From NCBI GenBank assembly GCA_050916045.1, contig CP051526.1, positions 2,368,001 through 2,432,000 on the forward strand: DNA of 64,000 bases, given 5' to 3'. Positions within the stretch are counted from its first letter, which is position 1. Every line of letters starts with the position of its first letter. This document shows, in pieces, positions 13,082-21,621 of the stretch. The notes under the pieces were generated by a model. That model was given only the letters and a program-made list of their open reading frames with translations, did no database searches and had not been told where the DNA came from. Both the position numbers and the translations under genes were made by a program. This stretch comes from Tepidisphaera sp. (GTDB lineage Bacteria; Planctomycetota; Phycisphaerae; Phycisphaerales; UBA1924).

Positions 13082-13215
13082 CGAATGGTTCGAGAGGATC
13101 GGTGCCGTTGGGAGGGTGCAGTGCACCTACCGCCGGAGCTTCGGAGGCTGCGGCTCGGGCTCTGCGGCACTGAACAGCACGTCATCACGCCGTGCTCCGT
13201 CCTGTATTGAAAGAA

Positions 13216-13245
13216 ACACCCCCGGGTCGCAGGACTCGGGGGTGT
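13216..13245. terminator. Probable bidirectional intrinsic terminator
   Basis: ACACCCCCGGGTC-GCAG-GACTCGGGGGTGT with A-rich left and T-rich right flanks, between convergent ORFs. Confidence 0.65.
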
Positions 13246-13289
13246 CGTTTGGGGGTTGGATCGTGGTCTGAATCGTGATACCGACCGCG

Positions 13290-13595
13290 CTACCGGCCGA
13301 CGGGGTGGGCTTGAGGAACCGCGGACCCCGCCGAAAGGCCCTGGCTTGCCGGCTTGCCGAAAGCCTCGGGATGCAGGTACTTGCCCCGCTCGGACCCGAC
13401 TTTGTCGACCGAGTTGGGGATTCGGTTCTGCTCCGCCCAGGCGTCCTTGCGGATGCCGGTGACCTGCCACGAGACCTCGATTCCTGGCTGGCTAGAAGCG
13501 ATCTCGAAGGTGTTCCCCGCGATCTTGCGGCTCACACGCACCATCGCGAAGGATTGGTCATCGATGACCGTGAGCTGGTAGCGGAAGTCGCGGTT
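13290..13595 (-). pseudogene. C-terminal remnant of a tail-fibre/surface-protein terminal domain
   Basis: NRDFRYQLTVI..VSWQVTGIRKDAWA..ERGKYLHPEAFG; similarity ends abruptly upstream of NRDF. Confidence 0.65.
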
Positions 13596-13714
13596 GCCCT
13601 CGTGACCGAGCCCTGCCGAGCCTTGCCACGCACCCGCCGGTCGTGAGCCGTGTGCGTACACACCATCACGGCTCTCATCGGCTCTCGCCGGGTTCACGGC
13701 GTTCATCCACGGAT

Positions 13715-14128
13715 CTACCTCTCGGACTCGCCGCCGACGGTCACTCGCCGCGAGGAATCCCGAGACGGCCGGGCGGGTGCACGAGCGGCCTTCGCGGCCT
13801 TGATCTCTCGGCCCACCTCGATGATCCCCTCGATAGCCGGCAACAGTCTCTCCCCAAGCGGCGTCAGGGCGTACTCAACGGTGGGTGGCGAAGTCGGCTT
13901 GACCTCCCGCGTCACGATGCCGTCCCGTCCGAGGCGGAGAAGGCGTGCCGACAGTGTCTTGGCCGAGAGCTTGGGCATGTCGAAGCGGAGTTCGCCGAAA
14001 CGCCTCGCCCCTCCTCGCAGGTACCAGATGACCTGGACCGTCCACGATCCGTGAAGCAACCGCATGCATTCCTCCAGCGGACACTCCGCGGGCGGCGGCT
14101 TGGAGGTGTTTCGGCGTCTCGGCACCAT
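13715..14128 (-). CDS. HxlR-family winged-helix transcriptional regulator
   Basis: CPLE..L.G.WT..I..L..G.RRFGEL..S.KTLS.RL..L..PPTVEYALT. Confidence 0.92.
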   Translation of the reverse strand: MVPRRRNTSKPPPAECPLEECMRLLHGSWTVQVIWYLRGGARRFGELRFDMPKLSAKTLSARLLRLGRDGIVTREVKPTSPPTVEYALTPLGERLLPAIEGIIEVGREIKAAKAARAPARPSRDSSRRVTVGGESER

Positions 14129-14152
14129 GTTCAAGCACCCTTCGTTGAGAAT

Positions 14153-14173
14153 GCCACTTGGTTACCAAGTGGC
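14153..14173. promoter_or_regulatory. Perfect palindrome, candidate HxlR operator
   Basis: GCCACTTGGT-T-ACCAAGTGGC in the divergent hxlR/SDR gap; second IR GTATCA-CCT-TGATAC at 14205-14219. Confidence 0.55.
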
Positions 14174-14284
14174 TACTCGATTCTAGCTCACTTTCGGTTA
14201 TCTAGTATCACCTTGATACCGATGAGCGCTAATCTCCCGAGGCCTGCACGCGGTGCGGGACCGCGCACAAAAGGAGACCCCATC

Positions 14285-15007
14285 ATGCCCACAGCCATCG
14301 TCACCGGAGCATCCAGCGGTATCGGCCTCGCGATCGCGACCGCCCTCGCAAATCGCGGGTACGCGCTCATCGTCACGTCCCGCTCGATCTCGACCTCGCA
14401 CCCCTGCATCGCGACGATCGGTGCCAATCGCATCGAAGTCATCAGGGGTGACGTCGCCGACGCCGCGACCTCGCGGGCGTTGCTCAAAACGGCAGTCGAC
14501 CGGTTCGGCGGCGTCGACCTCCTCGTCAACAACGCGGGCATCTTCATCCCCAAGCCTTTCGCCCAGTACACGGACGAGGACTACGAGCGCCTCCTCGCGA
14601 CCAACGTCCGCGGATTCTTCAATCTGACTCGGCCGGTCCTGGCGCACATGCTCGAGCGAAGCTCAGGACACATTGTGAACATCACGACTTCGCTGGCCGA
14701 GAACCCGATCAAGCAGGTCCCCTGCGCACTCCCGATGCTCACCAAAGGCGGACTGAACGCGGCCACGCGTGCCCTGGCTCTTGAAGTGTCGGGCACCGGC
14801 GTGCGTGTCAACGCAGTCTCGCCCGGCATCATCAGGACGCCTATGCACCCCGAGCACACCCACGAGATGCTCGCAACCCTTCACCCAATGGGGAGGATGG
14901 GCGACGCCGAGGAGATCGCCCGCGGCGTGCTTTATCTGGAGGATTCTCCCTTTGTGACCGGGGAGATTTTGCACGTCGACGGCGGTGCCTCGATCGGTCG
15001 CTGGTAA
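14285..15007 (+). CDS. SDR-family oxidoreductase
   Basis: TGASSGIG, NNAG, VNAVSPG, VTGEILHVDGG; AAGGAG RBS; catalytic YxxxK reads PMLTK. Confidence 0.9.
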   Translation: MPTAIVTGASSGIGLAIATALANRGYALIVTSRSISTSHPCIATIGANRIEVIRGDVADAATSRALLKTAVDRFGGVDLLVNNAGIFIPKPFAQYTDEDYERLLATNVRGFFNLTRPVLAHMLERSSGHIVNITTSLAENPIKQVPCALPMLTKGGLNAATRALALEVSGTGVRVNAVSPGIIRTPMHPEHTHEMLATLHPMGRMGDAEEIARGVLYLEDSPFVTGEILHVDGGASIGRW

Positions 15008-15022
15008 ACAGGAGGACATTCC

Positions 15023-15655
15023 GTGCCATACGTCAGCATCAAAATCACAAGCGAACCCAAAGCGACGAGTCAGCAGCGTGCTCAGCTCATCTCCATGGTG
15101 ACCGACGCCCTCGCCGTCACGCTCGACAAGGACCCGGAGACGACTTTCGTGGTGATCGAGGAGATCAGCTCGGAGTCGTGGGGCCTCGGCGGCGAACCCG
15201 TCGCGAGCCGTCGCGCTCGCGCCCCGAGACCTTCCGCGGAGCGCACCGACGCGAAAGCCATCGCCGAAGTGGTCGAGAAGTACTTCGAAGGCATCTACCG
15301 GGGCGACGTAGCGCTTCTGCGCGCCGTGTTTCACCCCGAGGCGCGCCTGTGGGGTTTCGCCCCGGCGGATCCGGCGCACGGCGAGCTTCCCGAGCGGGTC
15401 GGGATCCGCTCGCTCGACGAGTACCTGAAGGCCGTCGCGAGTCGTGTCTCGCCCCAGGCCCGCGGCGAACCGATGAACTCGCGCATTCTTTCGGTCTCGT
15501 GCGAGGGCCCACTGGCTCTCGTCCGGGCGTTCGTGCCGATGCTGGGATACTCGTATCTGGACCACTTAGAGCTGGTCCGAGACTCGGGAACATGGCGGAT
15601 CTCGCACAAGCAGTTTGCACACGGTGTCGGCCGGTTCGCCGCAGGCTCCGATTGA
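15023..15655 (+). CDS. 4-oxalocrotonate tautomerase domain fused to NTF2/SnoaL-like domain
   Basis: Pro-1 start (M)PYVSIKI..TFVVIEEI..WGLGG; then YFEGIYRGD..L..VFHPEA..WRISHK; AGGAGG RBS. Confidence 0.85.
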   Translation: MPYVSIKITSEPKATSQQRAQLISMVTDALAVTLDKDPETTFVVIEEISSESWGLGGEPVASRRARAPRPSAERTDAKAIAEVVEKYFEGIYRGDVALLRAVFHPEARLWGFAPADPAHGELPERVGIRSLDEYLKAVASRVSPQARGEPMNSRILSVSCEGPLALVRAFVPMLGYSYLDHLELVRDSGTWRISHKQFAHGVGRFAAGSD

Positions 15656-15790
15656 CACCGGCGATCTCTCAACCATACAGCGCGGGACTTTGGGATGCAC
15701 CGCAGGGGTTCTCGCACCAGAATCGCGCGAGCAAGCGCGCCGCCGCGTCGCCATCCGATCGCTTCCTCGCTCATGGGTCCGAACGGCGAC

Positions 15791-16597
15791 CTACAGCGAT
15801 CCTTCCGATGCGACGCAGTACCGCCCGGGGGTCGTCCCCAGCGCGTGCTTGAACATGCTCACGAAGGCGCTCGGGCTTTCGTAGCCGCACTCGAACGCGA
15901 TCGTGCCCACGGCCGCCCCCTCCGCCAGACGCCGCACGGCGAACTGGAGCCGTGCCTGCTGTCGCCAGCGGCCGAACGACATCCCGGTCTCTGCAACAAA
16001 CAGACGCTCGGCCGTCCGCGTGCTGACACCCGCTCCTCGCGTGAGGGAAGCGAGGGTCGCGGTGTCCTCATGCCCGGGCCGGAGCGACAACAGAACGCGA
16101 CTCGCAACCGCTCGCGCCCGAGGGTCTTCCGGCATCGTCAGCGCGAGGCCGAGCGGAGATGCTTCGCGCAGCCGCGCGAGCAGGAGCGCCGCGAGCGCTC
16201 GATGATCCTCGAGGGAATCGTCCAGAACTCCGATCCGCACGACCTCAAGCATCAATTCGCGCACGAGCGGAGAGACATCCACAACCTCAAGCGACCTTCC
16301 GACTACCGCGGCGGCCCTCGGAGCGATGTACACCGTCCGCAGGTGAACTTCGCTCTCGCATCGGATCCGGTGAAGCACGCCCGGCGGCACCCACAGGCAA
16401 CGCTGCGGCGGCACCACCCACCGCATCGAAGCCGCATGAACGGAAAGAACACCGCTCTGAGCGAAGACAACCTGCGCCCAGACGTGCGCGTGCTCTGCAA
16501 TCTCTTGGCCGTCCGGAAGCCGCATCGCGAGCGAACGGACGGTCTCCCCGGGCCGCGGTTCGGTCCCTTTCTTTCGCGGTTGGCGAGATCTCGACAT
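15791..16597 (-). CDS. AraC-family transcriptional regulator with cupin sensor
   Basis: H.H.WAQ, WVVPP..LWVPPG..H, S.RTAERLF..ETGMSF..WRQQ, GYESPSAF..F. Confidence 0.92.
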   Translation of the reverse strand: MSRSRQPRKKGTEPRPGETVRSLAMRLPDGQEIAEHAHVWAQVVFAQSGVLSVHAASMRWVVPPQRCLWVPPGVLHRIRCESEVHLRTVYIAPRAAAVVGRSLEVVDVSPLVRELMLEVVRIGVLDDSLEDHRALAALLLARLREASPLGLALTMPEDPRARAVASRVLLSLRPGHEDTATLASLTRGAGVSTRTAERLFVAETGMSFGRWRQQARLQFAVRRLAEGAAVGTIAFECGYESPSAFVSMFKHALGTTPGRYCVASEGSL

Positions 16598-16696
16598 TCA
16601 TTGACGTTATGCAGAGAGGACGCCACGCGTGGATTCGTTACCATCCGACCATGCCGGTGCCCAAGCACCCGCCCGTGTTCAGAAAGGATGATCCGC

Positions 16697-17074
16697 ATGC
16701 CCAACGACCTTGCTCATTTCGCCATCCACGCCGACGACTGCGAACGTGCCAAGCGGTTCTACGAGACCGTCTTTGGCTGGAAGTTCCAGCCGTGGGGACC
16801 GCCCGGGTTCTGGCTGATCGAAACGTCGAAGGGAGCGGTGGGCGGCTCACTGCAGCAGCGGCAGCACCCGGTGAGCGGCCGCGGCATGATCGGCTTTGAA
16901 TGCACGATCGGCGTCGCCGACGTTCGGGCGATCGCGGCGGCGATCGAGAAAGCCGGCGGGACCGTGCACATGAAGCCCTTCGTGATCGAGCGCGTGGGCA
17001 CGCTCATCCAGTTCCAGGACACCGAAGGCAATTCGGTCGCCGCCATGCAGTACGAACGCTCCGCTCGTCCCTGA
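16697..17074 (+). CDS. VOC/glyoxalase family protein
   Basis: HFAIHADD.ERAKRFY..VFGW, I..AGG, F.DTEGN. Confidence 0.88.
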   Translation: MPNDLAHFAIHADDCERAKRFYETVFGWKFQPWGPPGFWLIETSKGAVGGSLQQRQHPVSGRGMIGFECTIGVADVRAIAAAIEKAGGTVHMKPFVIERVGTLIQFQDTEGNSVAAMQYERSARP

Positions 17075-17103
17075 GGCTCGGCTGGTTCGGCCATGATCCA
17101 GCG

Positions 17104-17613
17104 TCACGCGTGCGGCGGAGCGTCGAGCACGAGCGTCACCGTCTCCCGTGCGACCGTGCGCGGCGTCTCGGGCGTCGCGCGACGGTCGACGACGACGAAC
17201 CCATGCTTCTCAAGCACGCGGATCGATGGGAGATTCGCCGCCGAAGCCGTCGCGATCAGCGGACGACGGGTGAACTCGCGGAGCATCATGCCGACGGCCC
17301 GGGTCGCGACGCCACGCCCCCACCACTCCCGCGCGATCCAGTAGCCGATCGCAGAAAGTCCTTCATGCGGCGAGATGTTGACCGCTCCCACGATCGAGCC
17401 ATCCGCAACGACGACGCGGGGCGTCACGCCAAGCACGCCGCCATCGGCATCCGCGAGGATCTGCACCCAGCGATCGTGAAACGTGGACCAGTCGCGCGGC
17501 TTGGTCCCCGCCAAGGCGTTCGAGGCTTCATCAAGCTCCATCGCATGAAGCCGAGGCAGGTCCGTCGCCTGGGTCCGTCGGAGCAAGATGTCGGGCTGCT
17601 TTGAATGCTCCAT
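17104..17613 (-). CDS. GNAT (RimJ/RimL-like) N-acetyltransferase
   Basis: IGYWIAREWWGRGVATRA, N..S.RVLEKHGF. Confidence 0.85.
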   Translation of the reverse strand: MEHSKQPDILLRRTQATDLPRLHAMELDEASNALAGTKPRDWSTFHDRWVQILADADGGVLGVTPRVVVADGSIVGAVNISPHEGLSAIGYWIAREWWGRGVATRAVGMMLREFTRRPLIATASAANLPSIRVLEKHGFVVVDRRATPETPRTVARETVTLVLDAPPHA

Positions 17614-17655
17614 CGGCCGATCATAGAAGCCCGCGTGCCGGACTAGCCTTTTGCT

Positions 17656-17973
17656 ATGGAGTTTCAGCTCGTCATCGCCATGAACGTCACCGATCCGGCC
17701 CGCTACGCCCAGTACCGCGCCGCCATGAGCCCCGTGCTCGCCCGCTTCGGCGGCCGGTTCGAGTACGACCTGGTCGTTTCCGAGGTGCTCAAGTCGCCCA
17801 CGCCGCACCCGATCACCCGCTTTTTCACGATCGTCTTTCCGAACCGGCAGGCCAGCGAATGCTTCTTCGCGGATCCGAGCTACCTCGCCGCGAAGGCCGC
17901 TCACTTCGCGGCAGGCGTGAACGGCTTCACGGTGGTGGCCGAGCATGATCGACCGTCCGGCCGCGCGTCGTAA
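17656..17973 (+). CDS. DUF1330-like protein
   Basis: VTDP..Y..YR....PVL..FGGRF, I.FP....FF.DP.Y. Confidence 0.75.
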   Translation: MEFQLVIAMNVTDPARYAQYRAAMSPVLARFGGRFEYDLVVSEVLKSPTPHPITRFFTIVFPNRQASECFFADPSYLAAKAAHFAAGVNGFTVVAEHDRPSGRAS

Positions 17974-18059
17974 AGCCCTGTTCACCGAGCCGGTTCGCCC
18001 GGTACGATCGCTCACCCCGTACGACATCGCGAGCGAAACGGGTTGCGGAGACCGCGGAA

Positions 18060-18410
18060 ATGCTTCGGCCGAAACTCTTCCTCCTCAAGCCCTCGTTCCC
18101 CGACGCCAAAGCCGGCCCCGGCCTGTTCTTCTGCCCGCACAGCGCGGCGGTCGAGGGTGTGCTCGCGTACTACCCCGCGCTGCGGGATCGGCTCGAGGTC
18201 CGTCCCGTCGACTTCCCCCGGCCACGGCAGGAGGTGATCGCGGAGATCGGCGAAGCAAACCAGGCCTGCCCGGTTCTGATCCTCCCCGAGGGCTGGCCGA
18301 ACCCGCCCCTCGCCGGGCGGCAATCCAACGGGCGGATGTTCTTCGTCGGCGCTGAGGAGATCGCCCGCTTCCTCTCGGCGTGGGCGGGGATCGCGCTCCC
18401 GCACCCGTGA
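18060..18410 (+). CDS. DUF3088-like protein
   Basis: LFLLKP.F.D, F.CP, EG.LA.YP, FPRPR, GE.NQ.CPVLIL, ends PHP. Confidence 0.8.
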   Translation: MLRPKLFLLKPSFPDAKAGPGLFFCPHSAAVEGVLAYYPALRDRLEVRPVDFPRPRQEVIAEIGEANQACPVLILPEGWPNPPLAGRQSNGRMFFVGAEEIARFLSAWAGIALPHP

Positions 18411-18539
18411 ACTCTGGATCGCGAGGACAAGCCTCGGGCGGCAAGCCTGCCCGAACGACTCGCGACGCGACGTGCAAGGCCTGCCCGAAAGCACCGCACC
18501 GGCCTGTGAGCGACAGGTCCGGTCAAGCCCGCGATTCAC

Positions 18540-21500
18540 TCATCGGAAGGGCGACCCAAGCCGAACCCCGATCGTCGCATCGCGGTCGCAAACGAGCTTT
18601 CCATCTACCACCCGAAGCTCTGCCGAGAGGATCGAGCTCCGCCGCGCCGGAAACGGCATGACACCGTCGCGACTCGGGAAGTTCTGCCCGTACGGATGCG
18701 TGAAGTAGACGATCAGAGCCCTCTCACCCTCCACCACCACATCGGCGTGCTTCCCGATCGAACCGTCATCAAGGCGCTTGCCCGGCCTGTCCAGGATCTT
18801 CCCTTGGTACGTCCATTCCCCGAGGTCCTTGGATCGATACACATCCAGTCCGCTGTCGGGATCCTTCAAAAGCCAGTGAAACCCGCCCAATTCGAAGACC
18901 TTCGGCGCTTCCCCGTACAGCTTCGAGACGCCAGGGTCCTCGGAAGGCATCCACGTCATCAGATCCTTCGACTCCACCGCGAGCGTGGCGGATCCGCGAG
19001 CTTCGTCCTTGTACCACAGCCGCCATCCCCCCTCGGGCAGCCGCACCACCGACGGATCGATGCACCGGTCGGACGTCAGCGGCAACCGGCCTGCTTTCGT
19101 CCACGACGAAAGGTCGCGCGACGTGTAATGGTCGATGAATCGCGACCCTGTCCATCCCGTGTGCACGCCCGGCACGACCGTGACAAAGCAGTGGTACACC
19201 CCGTCGTCCGTGCGCACGACATCCGGCGCCCACAGCGAGTGCGGCTCATCACCCGTCGGAAGCGCCAGCACCCCGCCATAGGTCCACGTCACGCCGCCGT
19301 CGACCGACTCCGCGATGCCGATCCGCGTCTGATGGCACCACTCCACATCCGGCAGGTCCAGCTTCGCCCGCCGCTGGGTGTAGAGCATCCACCACGCTCC
19401 CCGCGCCGGATTGAACACCAGCACCGGGTCCGCAGCGCCATCGAAAACCGGGTCCCGGAACAACGGTGCGGGAGGCTCACGCTCGGTGACCGAGGCGATC
19501 GGCTGATCAATGTCAACGCCCATCTCATGGAACCGCGCCGCCGCGTGCAGAAAGTGCGTGGTGATCCAGAACACCGTCCACCCCTCGCTGTAGCCGCCCC
19601 GCATCCGCTCCACGTCCGACATGTCGCCGTGCTGCGCGAAGTTCGTCTGCTGGATCTGCTCGCCCTGACTCCCCCGATCATCGATCAACTGCCCGCAGGC
19701 CCGGTACATCAGCACCGAAAGCCTGCAAAGCTCCGGCCGCCCGAGCAGCCGTCCCATCCGATAGATCTCCGGCGTGTAGTACACCCCGAACACATCCAAA
19801 TGCTGGTTCTGCGCCGACACGACCGTCCAGCCACGCGACCTGAACCCATGATCACGCAGACGCCCAGGCGGCAGATCGATGTCCCACAGATTCGTCCAGC
19901 TCAGCGTCGCGTCCATCGCGTGCTCCGCTCGCCGAAGCCACGAAGCCTCACCCGTGTGGTCAAAGCACGCCAAAAACGCTTGGAACGCCGCCCACGCAGC
20001 CTCCTTGTCCTCGCACCTCGCATCAAGCGTGCCGCCCCAGTACGGCTCCGCCGCTCCCATGTGCCTCCGGGCCGCCGTCTCCGCGATCTTGAGCGCCGCC
20101 CGCTCGCACTCCGCCAATCCCAGAAGCCGCGAAGCCCGCAGCAGCGGCGACACGAAGAACGCTTCGTTCGTCGACACCGGATTCCAGTCCTCCCGGAGCA
20201 CGCGCCGGGCGTGAAGCTCGCAGGCCCGCCGCACGAAGTCGGACCAGCGGGCGTGCGCGATCCCGCGCCGACCCGCCGCTTCGATCGCCCGCGTGATCGT
20301 CTCGAGCGCCTGTCCCTGCGAGACGAAGTCCTGCTCCGTCCACGCCCCGCTTTCCACCGTGTACCGCTGCAAGAACCCATTGTCGTTGAACGGCGCCGAC
20401 GACAGAAGGTCAAGCGACCGCGAAGCCGCCTGCTCCCACCCGATCCAGCCCGACTTCTCCCCCATCGCGAGCAGGTAGTAAGGCACCGTCTCCGCCTGTC
20501 CGCACCACCCCATCACGTAGTGCGTGCCCTCGACGTAGTCGGGGTACATCTCAAACCCGCTCTTCTCTCCGAGATCGCGCCACCGCGACCTCGCAAACTC
20601 AAGCTTGCGTCCGACGATCGCCGCCGCCCCCGGCAGCCCGTCCGTCGAGAACGGCGACCCACGCTCGATGCACGTCCGCACCGGCACGCGGAACCCGCTC
20701 CCCACCTCCGAAACCTCGTACACCTGAATCGCAAAGTCCTTCTCAACGACCGCACCCGGCCGCAGTTCCATCCATGTGTTGTCGTAGGGCATGAACTCGC
20801 CCTGCCGCGCCTTGACCACCGCGTTGCGCCCGTTCGAAGCACACGGGCCCGAGTACGCGGCGAGTTCGTACCCGAGTTCGACCGGCATCACGCCAAGCGA
20901 CCACCACTGATCACGCTTCGCCGCGCCGGGAACCATCGACGGCGTCGTGTGCAGCGCCGCCCCTCCGCCCTTCCACTCCACGCTCGCAAGCGGCATCGAG
21001 AACCGGTGCTCCTCGTGGAAAGATCGCTCGCCAACCGCCCCGGTGTGAACGACCACCGCGGCACGACCCCTGGACGCCGGATCGCCGGCCGTGACGCCGC
21101 TCGTCCTCGCTCCCGACGGATTTCCGTAGAACGAGATGCCCGGAAGAAACACGCTCGCCGACCGCTCGGCCGTCGCTTCGGGCACCGTCCATCTCACGCT
21201 CAGCGTGCACTTGGGAAGCGGGCGTGCCCCCCTCCACTCAAAGCGCCGCCGCCCCACGACCAGATCCCCCTCGACCCGATACGCGTCGCGAAGCTCAAGG
21301 CGTCCCCCGCCAAGCTCCACATGCCCCGTCACCACCACCCACCCGTTCGCCTCGGTCCGCTCGGACGGATGCACATGCTTCCACGCCGCCGGCCACCCCT
21401 CCGACCAATCCGTCGCGACCGACCACAGACCTTCAGCCGGAGATTCAACCACGGTCCTTTGGCCATTCCCAACGCGAACACGGATCGGCGACTCGCCCGA

Positions 21501-21563
21501 CACGTCCAGCGAAGGTTGACCAACCACCAAAGTCGCAACGATCAATGCAGTAGAAAGCGGCAT
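18540..21563 (-). CDS. Secreted two-module carbohydrate-active protein: uncharacterised N-terminal module plus GH43/GH32-like beta-propeller
   Basis: Signal peptide; YVMGWCGQA, PYWGGTLDA, NQHLD; C-terminal FRDPVFDGAADP, WAPDV, IDP, YGEAP. Confidence 0.7.
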   Translation of the reverse strand: MPLSTALIVATLVVGQPSLDVSGESPIRVRVGNGQRTVVESPAEGLWSVATDWSEGWPAAWKHVHPSERTEANGWVVVTGHVELGGGRLELRDAYRVEGDLVVGRRRFEWRGARPLPKCTLSVRWTVPEATAERSASVFLPGISFYGNPSGARTSGVTAGDPASRGRAAVVVHTGAVGERSFHEEHRFSMPLASVEWKGGGAALHTTPSMVPGAAKRDQWWSLGVMPVELGYELAAYSGPCASNGRNAVVKARQGEFMPYDNTWMELRPGAVVEKDFAIQVYEVSEVGSGFRVPVRTCIERGSPFSTDGLPGAAAIVGRKLEFARSRWRDLGEKSGFEMYPDYVEGTHYVMGWCGQAETVPYYLLAMGEKSGWIGWEQAASRSLDLLSSAPFNDNGFLQRYTVESGAWTEQDFVSQGQALETITRAIEAAGRRGIAHARWSDFVRRACELHARRVLREDWNPVSTNEAFFVSPLLRASRLLGLAECERAALKIAETAARRHMGAAEPYWGGTLDARCEDKEAAWAAFQAFLACFDHTGEASWLRRAEHAMDATLSWTNLWDIDLPPGRLRDHGFRSRGWTVVSAQNQHLDVFGVYYTPEIYRMGRLLGRPELCRLSVLMYRACGQLIDDRGSQGEQIQQTNFAQHGDMSDVERMRGGYSEGWTVFWITTHFLHAAARFHEMGVDIDQPIASVTEREPPAPLFRDPVFDGAADPVLVFNPARGAWWMLYTQRRAKLDLPDVEWCHQTRIGIAESVDGGVTWTYGGVLALPTGDEPHSLWAPDVVRTDDGVYHCFVTVVPGVHTGWTGSRFIDHYTSRDLSSWTKAGRLPLTSDRCIDPSVVRLPEGGWRLWYKDEARGSATLAVESKDLMTWMPSEDPGVSKLYGEAPKVFELGGFHWLLKDPDSGLDVYRSKDLGEWTYQGKILDRPGKRLDDGSIGKHADVVVEGERALIVYFTHPYGQNFPSRDGVMPFPARRSSILSAELRVVDGKLVCDRDATIGVRLGSPFR

Positions 21564-21621
21564 GCACGGCATGCTATCGCATCCGAGCACCGCCCCGCAA
21601 ACCGGCCGCCCGCCGACAACC

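Noticed and set aside
13643..14284. Long N-terminal extensions in the ORF track (SDR, VOC, gcvP, CxxCH protein, GNAT)
   Set aside because: They overlap opposite-strand genes; internal starts match the family N-termini
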